Below, in pieces: positions 1-8,245 of a stretch of 64,000 nt of DNA. The first letter of the stretch is position 1. Each line of letters starts with the position of its first letter. Source of the stretch: an uncultured Candidatus Saccharibacteria bacterium (GTDB lineage Bacteria; Patescibacteriota; Minisyncoccia; Phycocordibacterales; UBA3531); the NCBI GenBank assembly GCA_964361405.1, contig CAYIAA010000001.1, positions 20,917 to 84,916 of the forward strand. The letters are read 5' to 3'. Made by a program: the position numbers and the translations under genes. The notes beneath the pieces are model-generated. The model searched no databases. It was not told the origin of the DNA and saw only the letters and a list, made by a program, of their open reading frames with translations.

Positions 1-54
1 TCCCGATATCCCGCTTGGTTATATGAGTACAGCATGATACCCTAATTTTCATCC

Positions 55-1065
55 ATGTCATTTCTCAAAGGTAAAAAGGTAATGATTACCGGCGGCGCCG
101 GGTTTTTGGGTACCAACCTCTCATTATATTTGGCTGATCGTGGCGCTAAGCTCATCATAATCGATAACTTTATGCGACGAGGTGCGGAGAAGAATTACGA
201 AGTTCTTAAGGCACGTTTCCCAGATATTATTTTTTACACCGTAGAAATAAGCGATATTCCTTCCATTATTACAAAGGAATTACCAGAGCTTATTTATCAT
301 TTTGCTGCACAAGTTGCTGTCACATCAAGCGTTATTTCTCCGGTTAGCGATTTTCGAATTAATGCAGAAGGTACTTTTCACATTGCCCGCACGGCACATT
401 CTAATGGCATCCCTGTTGTATACGCATCAACAAATAAGGTTTACGGCGACAATGTAAACAAGGTACCTATCAAGGAACATAAGACCCGATATGATTTTGA
501 CGGAGATCTTGCACGCAGGGGAATAGATGAAAATTTTTCCATTGATGCATCAAAGCGGTCACCATACGGAGTCTCAAAATTAGTTGGGGAAATGTATGTA
601 AGGGAATACGGTGGCGTATCAAACCGTTTCTCCTGCATGTACGGACCCCACCAGTACGGCATTGTTGATCAGGGGTGGGTTTCATATTTCGTCGCCCGGA
701 AACTTGCCGATGAGCCGATCACGATTTTCGGCGACGGAAAGCAGATCCGCGATGTTTTGCACGCGGCTGATGTTGTGCGCCTTCTTGAGCTCGAGGGCTA
801 CCATTTGACGAATAATACCGGTGTTGATCTCCGCGGAGAGGTTTTTGCGATCGGCGGAGGGCACCAGAATACCATCTCGCTTCTTGAGCTCTGTAAGGAG
901 CTCGATATTACGCCCTCTTTCGGTCCTTGGAGGCCGTCTGACCAGAAAGTATTTTACGCCGACACCGCAAAAGCAAAACGTCTCCTCGGGTGGGAACCGG
1001 TTGTGGGGATACGGGAAGGTATTGCCGATTTGGTACGATGGGTGAGCTCCGCCAAGGCGGGGTAA
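55..1065 (+). CDS. NAD-dependent epimerase/dehydratase (extended SDR; NDP-sugar epimerase-like)
   Basis: 336 aa; N-terminal Rossmann motif GGAGFLG; catalytic YGVSK (Y-x3-K); first gene of the glycan island. Confidence 0.75.
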   Translation: MSFLKGKKVMITGGAGFLGTNLSLYLADRGAKLIIIDNFMRRGAEKNYEVLKARFPDIIFYTVEISDIPSIITKELPELIYHFAAQVAVTSSVISPVSDFRINAEGTFHIARTAHSNGIPVVYASTNKVYGDNVNKVPIKEHKTRYDFDGDLARRGIDENFSIDASKRSPYGVSKLVGEMYVREYGGVSNRFSCMYGPHQYGIVDQGWVSYFVARKLADEPITIFGDGKQIRDVLHAADVVRLLELEGYHLTNNTGVDLRGEVFAIGGGHQNTISLLELCKELDITPSFGPWRPSDQKVFYADTAKAKRLLGWEPVVGIREGIADLVRWVSSAKAG

Positions 1066-1068
1066 CCT

Positions 1069-2211
1069 ATGAAACTCATCTATATTTTTGATGGGCGGAT
1101 TCCAACAGAACGAGCCCACGGTCTTCATATTGTCAAAATGTGCGAGGCCTTGGGCAGAATTACAGATGTGACACTCGTTGTGCCGGGGAAAGGAAACCGA
1201 GATACAGAAGCGCCCTTTACCTTTTACGGTCTGAAAAAAACATTTTCCGTGCACTATGTTCCGATCCGGGATTTTATCTCGTGGGGACGAATCGGATACT
1301 GGATTAATCAGCTTTCTTTTACGCGAGCGCTTCTTACGGTAGGTATCTTGCCATCGCCCGCCGAGTGCAGAGTTCTGACGAGGGACGGCGTCTCCGGATG
1401 GATTCTCGCGCGGCGCGGGTATCGAGTATTTTACGATATGCACGGTGTACCTCACCGTTTCACTCTGCTGTGGAGGATTGGAATGCGCGTAATGCGCGGT
1501 GTCGTCGTTACCAACCAATGGAAAGTTCGTTTTTGCACTGAAGTGCTCGGTATTTCCCCGGACCGTCTCTTGGTTATGCCGAATGCATTTGATCCGCGCG
1601 CATTCTCCGGGCTTCCGGAGAAAAAGGAATTACGCCGGCAACTTAACCTTTCTTCGGGGCCTATTGCCGCTTACACCGGCCACCTTTACGACTGGAAGGG
1701 AGCGGGAGTACTTGCTCGGGTTGCCAGACTACTCACAGACGTCACTGTGCTTTTTGTCGGCGGAACGGAGCGGGACGTTGCCCGGTTCCGAGAAGAACAT
1801 GGGCACAGCGCCAACATACTCCTTCTTGGTTTTAAGCCGCACGCCCTCGTGCCGCAGTATCTCAAGGCCGCAGATGTTCTTGTTCTTCCCAACTCAAACG
1901 TTTCTCAATCGCGGCGACTTGAGGGTTATTCAAAGTTTGAAACATCACCGATTAAACTTTTTGAATATATGGCAAGCGGAACCCCTATTGTCGCTTCGGA
2001 TCTTCCATCTATCCGAGAAATAGTTGATGAGGAAAGTGCGGTTCTCGTGGCGCCTGACGATCCCGAGGCGCTTGCTCGCGGTATACAGAGGGTGTTAAAT
2101 GAACCTGTACTCGCCGAACGTTTAGGAAAGAAGGCGCAAGAAATAGTGCAGGCATATACATGGGACAATCGCGCCGCCGCAGTGTTTAAGTTTATCAATA
2201 CGCACTCATGA
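1069..2211 (+). CDS. glycosyltransferase family 1 (GT4-type, GT-B fold)
   Basis: 380 aa; C-terminal EYMASGTPIVASDLPSIREIV (E-x7-E donor-binding motif); ATGA start/stop overlap with next gene. Confidence 0.75.
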   Translation: MKLIYIFDGRIPTERAHGLHIVKMCEALGRITDVTLVVPGKGNRDTEAPFTFYGLKKTFSVHYVPIRDFISWGRIGYWINQLSFTRALLTVGILPSPAECRVLTRDGVSGWILARRGYRVFYDMHGVPHRFTLLWRIGMRVMRGVVVTNQWKVRFCTEVLGISPDRLLVMPNAFDPRAFSGLPEKKELRRQLNLSSGPIAAYTGHLYDWKGAGVLARVARLLTDVTVLFVGGTERDVARFREEHGHSANILLLGFKPHALVPQYLKAADVLVLPNSNVSQSRRLEGYSKFETSPIKLFEYMASGTPIVASDLPSIREIVDEESAVLVAPDDPEALARGIQRVLNEPVLAERLGKKAQEIVQAYTWDNRAAAVFKFINTHS

Positions 2212-3296
2212 GAATCGGCATTATTTTACATCCCTACGATGAAGACAAACCGGCCGGGCTCGCCCGGACGATTTTTGAGTGGACGAAAGGAATGCTTTCC
2301 ATCGATAAGAAGAATGAATATATCGTTTTTTTGAAAAATACTCCTCGAAAAAATCCCGATTTGCCGGGGAAAAATTGGCGCGTTGAGTCAACGGGGGGAG
2401 GGATTTTTTGGCTTGATAACCTGCGGAAGAAGACCCTCTGCGATGTGTATGTGTTCAATACTCCCGTGATGCCGCTCTTTTTTAAACCAAAGCGTTCGGT
2501 TGTTCTTGCTCTCGATTTTGCTTACTACTACTTGGCGCCGAAAACTATCCGCGGCCAGTTTTTTAAGTGGTTTACGTATTTTTATCATTTCCTCTCACTC
2601 AAGAGAGCGAATTCAATCGTTGCCATCTCGCGCGCGACGAGGGACGATGTGGTGAAGCTTTTCGGTATTCCAGCTGACCGAATGAGTGTTATTTATCTGG
2701 GGTACAAACACATCTGCGCCGTTTCCGAGACGGCCGTTTCCGGGACCCCTTCGGAAAAGTTCTTTTTTTTCGCGGGCATCATCAAGGAAAGGAAGAATGT
2801 CTATAATACCGTACGGGCTTTCCACCTTTTTTCTCAAAAAGTGAAGGGGTTCAAACTTGCTATTGCCGGAAGCCCGACGGGGAGCTATTTCGAAAAAATA
2901 AAAAAGTATATTGCTGAAAATCACCTGAGCGATTCAGTGATTTTTCTCGGCCACCTAAACGACGGAGAGCTTAGCTATGTGTATAAGAAAGCATACGCAT
3001 TTCTCTTCCCCACGCTCATTGAAGGGTTTGGTATGCCTGTTGCCGAAGCGATGGATTGCGGTGTGCCGGTCATTACATCGAACCAGTCGTCTCTTAAGGA
3101 AGTTGGAGGAGAAGGAAGTTCGCTTCTCGTTGATCCATACGATCCCGCCGATATAGCCGATAAGATGGTGCGTCTTACTGAAGACGAATCCTTGCGGAGA
3201 AGGCTGATAGAAAAAGGTAACTTGCAGTCCAAAAAATTTTCATGGGAGCATTCCGCGAGAGAGCTTCTCGCCATACTTCACGAAGTGGTGAAATAA
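2208..3296 (+). CDS. glycosyltransferase family 1 (GT4-type)
   Basis: 362 aa; EGFGMPVAEAMDCGVPVITS motif; translationally coupled to upstream GT. Confidence 0.75.
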   Translation: MRIGIILHPYDEDKPAGLARTIFEWTKGMLSIDKKNEYIVFLKNTPRKNPDLPGKNWRVESTGGGIFWLDNLRKKTLCDVYVFNTPVMPLFFKPKRSVVLALDFAYYYLAPKTIRGQFFKWFTYFYHFLSLKRANSIVAISRATRDDVVKLFGIPADRMSVIYLGYKHICAVSETAVSGTPSEKFFFFAGIIKERKNVYNTVRAFHLFSQKVKGFKLAIAGSPTGSYFEKIKKYIAENHLSDSVIFLGHLNDGELSYVYKKAYAFLFPTLIEGFGMPVAEAMDCGVPVITSNQSSLKEVGGEGSSLLVDPYDPADIADKMVRLTEDESLRRRLIEKGNLQSKKFSWEHSARELLAILHEVVK

Positions 3297-3298
3297 CC

Positions 3299-4411
3299 AT
3301 GAGAGGATTTTTACAGAAATTATTACTCCTCTCTGTGAGCATGATTGCCATCTTTTTCGTGCTCGAGATTGGGGTACGGATTTTTCTGCGGCAATCCTCA
3401 ACCCTCATTGAGGATGATCCGTATATCGTAAAAAAACATAAAGAGAATCTCGACCTGCGTATTGCCGCAGATACGGAAAAACTCTCTCACATTCGCACCA
3501 ATAGTTATGGGTTCATCGGCGATGAATGGGAGATGAAGAAAGACGCAACGACCTCGCGAATCGCGAATCTTGGCGATTCGTTTACCGCAGGCCACGATGT
3601 CGACTACGACAAAAATTTTAGCGCCATCCTCGCGGGGGAACTCTCCGGAAAAATCGGGGAAAAAGTAGAAAGCTTGAATTTTGGCGTCCCTGGGCAGGGG
3701 AGCGGCCACGCCCTTCTCACCTACCGTCACTATGCTGCCCAATTTATGCCAGACACGGTGATTCTATGGTTTTACATGGGAAATGATTTCGAAGATAACC
3801 TCATTTTTGAAGAAGGCAGTGCGAAGGCTGGCGGTGGCGGCGGACCTCTGGTGAAGAGGATTGCGAGAAAGTCCCAGCTCGCGCACTTTATCGTGAACCG
3901 CCTTGCGAAGAATCCCGCAGTTGCGAATTTTATGCACGGTAGAGTTCTCACCCGAGTTGGCTATGATATAACGGCCGAAACGCACAACGTGCCCCTTGCA
4001 CTTCGGCTTATTTTTACGAATGATAAAGAGAACGACCGCGCCCTTCTAGAAACCAAAAGACTCCTTGATCTTTTGCGGCAAGAAGTTGGGGCGGGTGGTG
4101 GAAAACTTCTCATTGCGGCCATCCCCGCTAACTTTCAAGTAGAAGAGAACTTGAAGGACGATCTTTTCTCTCAATATCCCGGTCTCGACGAGCTTGGGTT
4201 TGATGCGGCGAGGCCAGGCCGCGAACTTAAGGAGATCGCCAGTGAACTTGATCTTCCGTACATAGATCTCACACCGGCATTTAAAGAAGCGTGCCAAGAA
4301 AAATGTACACTCTATGTATGTCCTCACTGCCACCTCTCCGAAGACGGTCATGCGCTTCTAGCCGAGGAGGTAGGGAAGGCGGTCCTTGAGCGCGGGCTCA
4401 TTCCCCGGTAA
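3299..4411 (+). CDS. SGNH/GDSL-family hydrolase with N-terminal membrane anchor
   Basis: Start moved to the internal ATG at 3299 because the track ORF overlaps the upstream gene; hydrophobic N-terminus LLLLSVSMIAIFFVLEIG; NLGDSFTAGHD block fits the GDS(L) catalytic motif. Confidence 0.55.
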   Translation: MRGFLQKLLLLSVSMIAIFFVLEIGVRIFLRQSSTLIEDDPYIVKKHKENLDLRIAADTEKLSHIRTNSYGFIGDEWEMKKDATTSRIANLGDSFTAGHDVDYDKNFSAILAGELSGKIGEKVESLNFGVPGQGSGHALLTYRHYAAQFMPDTVILWFYMGNDFEDNLIFEEGSAKAGGGGGPLVKRIARKSQLAHFIVNRLAKNPAVANFMHGRVLTRVGYDITAETHNVPLALRLIFTNDKENDRALLETKRLLDLLRQEVGAGGGKLLIAAIPANFQVEENLKDDLFSQYPGLDELGFDAARPGRELKEIASELDLPYIDLTPAFKEACQEKCTLYVCPHCHLSEDGHALLAEEVGKAVLERGLIPR

Positions 4412-4423
4412 GGTAAAGCTACC

Positions 4424-4660
4424 ATGCCTCTATTTTTCAAAACCCTCTACCAGTGGTGGATGGCCTTTGCTCATGCCTTCGGCAGAGTAAATAGCGCTGT
4501 TATTCTCTCGGCATTCTTTATTGTTCTTGTGGGGTTTTATGCTCTCGTGTCGCGACTCATTACGTTATTCCGCCAAGAAAAAAGGGACAATACCGGAACA
4601 TTCTGGCGCGCCAAAGAATGGCATAAACCGACAATTGAACTTCTACGTCGCCAGTTTTAG
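4424..4660 (+). CDS. small membrane protein (possibly SxtJ-like partner of the carbamoyltransferase)
   Basis: 78 aa; one or two predicted TM helices (AVILSAFFIVLVGFYALVSRLITLF); lies immediately upstream of the carbamoyltransferase; family assignment is weak. Confidence 0.3.
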   Translation: MPLFFKTLYQWWMAFAHAFGRVNSAVILSAFFIVLVGFYALVSRLITLFRQEKRDNTGTFWRAKEWHKPTIELLRRQF

Positions 4661-4672
4661 ATATATTAAGAC

Positions 4673-6436
4673 ATGAAAATTCTCGGTATTTCATGTTTCT
4701 ATCACGACGCCGCGGCGGCGCTTCTCGTTGACGGAGAAATTGTCGCCGCCGCGCAAGAGGAGCGCTTCTCGCGGAAAAAGCACGACGACAGTTTTCCTGC
4801 ACACTCCATCGAGTACTGTCTCTCTTCACAGAAACTTTCTATCGGAGATATTGACTACGTTGTTTTCTACGACAAGCCCGTACTCAAGTTCGAACGTCTT
4901 CTCATGACATTCATCAAAGTGTGGCCACGCGGACTACGGCTTTTTGTAACGGCGATGCGTGTATGGCTTAAGGAAAAACTTTGGGTAGAACACACAATAG
5001 CAAAGAGACTTGAGTATAAGGGAGATATTCTTTTTACCGAGCACCACTATGCGCATGCGGCGAGCGCCTACTATGCTTCGCCGTTTCTCGATGCGACCGT
5101 TGTCACGATGGACGGCGTGGGGGAATGGGATACCGCGACCGTTGGATATGCCAGGGGGAATGAACTCAAATTAACGCACACGATTCACTTTCCCGATTCC
5201 CTCGGTATGCTCTATTCGGCCGTGACGTACTATCTCGGCTTCAAAGTAAATAGCGCCGAGTACAAAGTGATGGGGTTAGCTCCGTACGGGAATCCCAATC
5301 GGTATTATGAGCACTTTAAGAAGTTAATTGACGTGAAGGCAAATGGGAGTTTCCGGCTCGATATGCGCTACTTTGCCTATGAGTATGGGCTCACGATGAC
5401 AAATACCAAGTTTGATGCACTTTTTGGAGGTCAGCCGCGCACCCCGGAATCAGAACTCACGGAGCGACACAAAGATATTGCCGCCTCACTTCAGAAGATA
5501 ACTGAAGAGATAGTGCTAAAAATTGTCACTCATGCAAAGAAATTGCACCCATCCGAAAATCTCTGTATGGCGGGTGGTGTGGCGCTTAATGCCGTCGCCA
5601 ACGGAAAAATTCTCGCTTCGGGAGTGTTCAAAAATATCTATATCCAGCCGGCGGCAGGGGATGCGGGGTGCGCTCTCGGCGCCGCATGCTACGTCTATTT
5701 CGACGTACTCGGGCACAAAAAGGAAGGGAGTGCGATGAAGAGCGCATACCTTGGACCGTCGTTTTCAAACGATGAGATCAAGGATTTTTTAGGTGAGGCA
5801 GGGCGCGAATATCCCGGATTCCGTTATAGTGTTTTTTCTGATAGTGATCTTTCTTCACACGTCGCAAAATTTCTTTCGGAGAATCAGGTCGTTGGTTGGT
5901 TTCAAGGGAGGATGGAATTCGGGCCGCGTGCCTTGGGGAACCGCTCGATTCTCGCCGATCCGAGAAAGAAAGAAAATTGGCAGAGGGTTAATCTCAAAAT
6001 TAAATTTCGCGAGAGTTTTCGTCCATTCGCACCCTCTGTTCTCGCCGAGCGGGCAGGGGAGTATTTCGATTTACATGGCGCGGAGAGTTCTTACATGCTT
6101 TTGGTCGCCCCAGTTCGAATGAAAAGTATTCCGGCGGTTACGCATGTTGATGGCTCGGCGCGGATTCAAACTCTGCGACGCGAGGACAATGAGCGTTTCT
6201 ATGACCTCATCAGCGAGTTTGAGAAACTGACCGGATGCTCGGTTCTTGTGAACACTTCTTTTAACGTCCGCGGCGAGCCGATTGTCTGTACTCCGAAAGA
6301 AGCCCTCCGCGTTTTCGCAAACACCGATATGGATGTGCTTGTTTTGGGGAACTTCCTCATTGTAAAAAGTGAGAATCCAATGTTAAATATAAAAGTGAAT
6401 CAGGAGTTGTATCTCAAAGAATTTCAAATAGACTAA
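4673..6436 (+). CDS. carbamoyltransferase, NodU/CmcH family
   Basis: 587 aa; N-terminus MKILGISCFYHDAAAALLVDGEIVAAAQEERFSRKKHD is typical of the Kae1/HypF-like carbamoyltransferase domain. Confidence 0.8.
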   Translation: MKILGISCFYHDAAAALLVDGEIVAAAQEERFSRKKHDDSFPAHSIEYCLSSQKLSIGDIDYVVFYDKPVLKFERLLMTFIKVWPRGLRLFVTAMRVWLKEKLWVEHTIAKRLEYKGDILFTEHHYAHAASAYYASPFLDATVVTMDGVGEWDTATVGYARGNELKLTHTIHFPDSLGMLYSAVTYYLGFKVNSAEYKVMGLAPYGNPNRYYEHFKKLIDVKANGSFRLDMRYFAYEYGLTMTNTKFDALFGGQPRTPESELTERHKDIAASLQKITEEIVLKIVTHAKKLHPSENLCMAGGVALNAVANGKILASGVFKNIYIQPAAGDAGCALGAACYVYFDVLGHKKEGSAMKSAYLGPSFSNDEIKDFLGEAGREYPGFRYSVFSDSDLSSHVAKFLSENQVVGWFQGRMEFGPRALGNRSILADPRKKENWQRVNLKIKFRESFRPFAPSVLAERAGEYFDLHGAESSYMLLVAPVRMKSIPAVTHVDGSARIQTLRREDNERFYDLISEFEKLTGCSVLVNTSFNVRGEPIVCTPKEALRVFANTDMDVLVLGNFLIVKSENPMLNIKVNQELYLKEFQID

Positions 6437-6440
6437 AACC

Positions 6441-6602
6441 ATGGCAAGCAAATTTCGCATCGCGGGACAACTTTGGGACTTTATGCGCGTTAATAAAAAG
6501 TGGTGGCTCCTCCCTATGTTTCTTGTGCTCCTCCTTTTTGGCATCGTCCTTGTCTTTGCTGAAGGTTCCGCCTTCGCCCCATTTATCTACACGATTTTTT
6601 GA
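6441..6602 (+). CDS. small membrane protein, DUF5989-like (carbamoyltransferase-associated)
   Basis: Below the track threshold: 53 aa MASKFRIAGQLWDFMRVNKKWWLLPMFLVLLLFGIVLVFAEGSAFAPFIYTIF. The KKWWLLP...APFIY pattern resembles the small protein that commonly follows NodU/CmcH carbamoyltransferases. Begins 5 nt after the carbamoyltransferase stop. Confidence 0.5.
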   Translation: MASKFRIAGQLWDFMRVNKKWWLLPMFLVLLLFGIVLVFAEGSAFAPFIYTIF

Positions 6603-6636
6603 TCACCGTACTCTACGGTTGTTATCGTGTGTCCGT

Positions 6637-6656
6637 TTTGACACCTTTTGACACCT
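6637..6656. repeat. tandem direct repeat TTTTGACACC x2 in an intergenic region
   Basis: Exact 10-bp unit repeated twice; each copy contains a TTGACA -35-like hexamer. Confidence 0.4.
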
Positions 6657-6670
6657 CGGTTAGTTTTAGT

Positions 6671-6694
6671 ATGTGACGGTTTGAGCCGTCACAT
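6671..6694. promoter_or_regulatory. perfect palindrome ATGTGACGG-N6-CCGTCACAT, candidate operator
   Basis: 9-bp inverted arms ending 4 nt before the ATG of the HTH gene at 6698. Confidence 0.45.
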
Positions 6695-6697
6695 TTT

Positions 6698-6898
6698 ATG
6701 GATAGTTCAATCAAACCTCGAGTCGTTTATACCACAGGAGAAGCACGGAGGATCCTCAAGATAAGCGAGAGCACAGTTAAACGTTTACTTAAGCGCGGTT
6801 TTCTGCGCGCCAACAAGGTTGGTGGACAGTACCGGATTCTTGGACAGGAACTCCTGCGTCTTGTCGTGCCGGAGAGAAAAAAGCAAACCCCACGATGA
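6698..6898 (+). CDS. excisionase-family helix-turn-helix DNA-binding protein
   Basis: 66 aa; TTGEARRILKISESTVKRLLKRGFLRANKVGGQYRI matches the MerR-like excisionase HTH pattern; ATGA overlap with the next gene. Confidence 0.55.
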   Translation: MDSSIKPRVVYTTGEARRILKISESTVKRLLKRGFLRANKVGGQYRILGQELLRLVVPERKKQTPR

Positions 6899-8241
6899 AA
6901 ACTGTCATGATGACTCTTTCCCGCGGATCCCTTATCCGCAACTTTTTTCATACAGGGATTGTTCCTGAACTCCTTCGTCGCGGATTACGTGTCGTAGTCT
7001 TGACTCCGCATTCGGATGACTCGGCTTTTGTACCTTACCGGCATCAAAATCTTATTTTTGAACCACTGATCGAATCGAAAAACTTGCGTTTCAATCAGCT
7101 ATTCATTGAGATTGAAAAAGGAATTATTTTCAATAAGACTGTACGTGCGCGCTACCGCTATCGCGTTGCCGGCAGGATACCGTCGCGTTTCTACTTTGTG
7201 GTGCGGATGTTTCTCTTTGCACCGCTCTCACTCATTCCCAGCATAAAGCGCTTTTTTCGCTGGGTTGATTTTCACGTGAACCCAGAACGTCAACATGATT
7301 ACCTTATTGAGAAATACAAACCGGATCTCATATTTTCAACATCAGCCGGCGGTGATATTTCGGTTATCAAAGGTGCACAGCGCTTTGGCACCAGGTCGGT
7401 TGATATGCCGAAAAGTTGGGACACATTACCAAAATATCTTTTCAATGTGAAAGCCGATTACATGGTCGTCTGGAGCGAGTTTATGAAAGAGCAAGCAATT
7501 GAAGTGCAAGGGTATCGCCCGGAGGAAGTTATCGTGACCGGCGTGCCGCAATTTGATTTTTATAAAGACGAAAAACGATTTATCTCGCGCGAGGAATTCT
7601 GCCGGCAGTTTGGATTTGATCCGGAAAAAAAAATCATTCTCTATGGTTCGACTGGGGGCAACTGCTGTGATGAGATGACATACATACAGCTTCTCCGGCG
7701 GTATATGGCGGACGGCATTTTGAAAGATGCACAGGTTTTAATCCGGCCGCACATTGGCTACCTCGGGGACGTGGATCGTTTTGCCGAGGCTGAACGTTAT
7801 CCAGGTTTTGCGCTCGACCTGAGCGGAAGACAAGGAAGTACGTTCCAAGACAGGTGGGACACGAGCGAGAGCCATGTGAATCATCTCGTCAATTCTTTCA
7901 GACACGCCGCGGTAAGTATCAATATTGCCTCAACGCTTTCTCTTGATTCGCTTGCAGCCGGGGTACCTGTGGTGAATATAAACTTCGACGTTGATCCGAA
8001 CATAAGTTCGCATTTTTCCACCAAGCGCTTGTATCAATCGGATTATATCGAAGCGGTTGTGCGTTCGGGCGGCACGCGGGTTGCCCGAAGTGAAAAGGCA
8101 TTTCGAGAAGCACTCACGGAAATTCTTGATGGTGGTGTGGTCGAGAAAGAGAAAGAATCGGCACTACGCTACCTTGTATTCCGCGCAGACGGTCACTCTG
8201 GGGAGCGGCTCACAGAGGCGCTTGTCGGTCTTTTACCATAA
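6895..8241 (+). CDS. GT-B fold transferase, CDP-glycerol glycerophosphotransferase (TagB/TagF)-like
   Basis: 448 aa; KKIILYGSTGG...VLIRPHIGY...SINIASTLSLDSLAAGVPVV parallels the TagF LYAPTWR / RFH / ITDYSS blocks; paralogous to 17752..19131 (shared MPKSWDT motif). Confidence 0.45.
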   Translation: MKTVMMTLSRGSLIRNFFHTGIVPELLRRGLRVVVLTPHSDDSAFVPYRHQNLIFEPLIESKNLRFNQLFIEIEKGIIFNKTVRARYRYRVAGRIPSRFYFVVRMFLFAPLSLIPSIKRFFRWVDFHVNPERQHDYLIEKYKPDLIFSTSAGGDISVIKGAQRFGTRSVDMPKSWDTLPKYLFNVKADYMVVWSEFMKEQAIEVQGYRPEEVIVTGVPQFDFYKDEKRFISREEFCRQFGFDPEKKIILYGSTGGNCCDEMTYIQLLRRYMADGILKDAQVLIRPHIGYLGDVDRFAEAERYPGFALDLSGRQGSTFQDRWDTSESHVNHLVNSFRHAAVSINIASTLSLDSLAAGVPVVNINFDVDPNISSHFSTKRLYQSDYIEAVVRSGGTRVARSEKAFREALTEILDGGVVEKEKESALRYLVFRADGHSGERLTEALVGLLP

Positions 8242-8245
8242 ACAT

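Noticed and set aside
682-1518. 278-aa minus-strand ORF overlapping the epimerase and first GT genes
   Set aside because: It is antisense to two well-supported + strand genes and has an Arg/Pro/Ser-rich, low-complexity translation.
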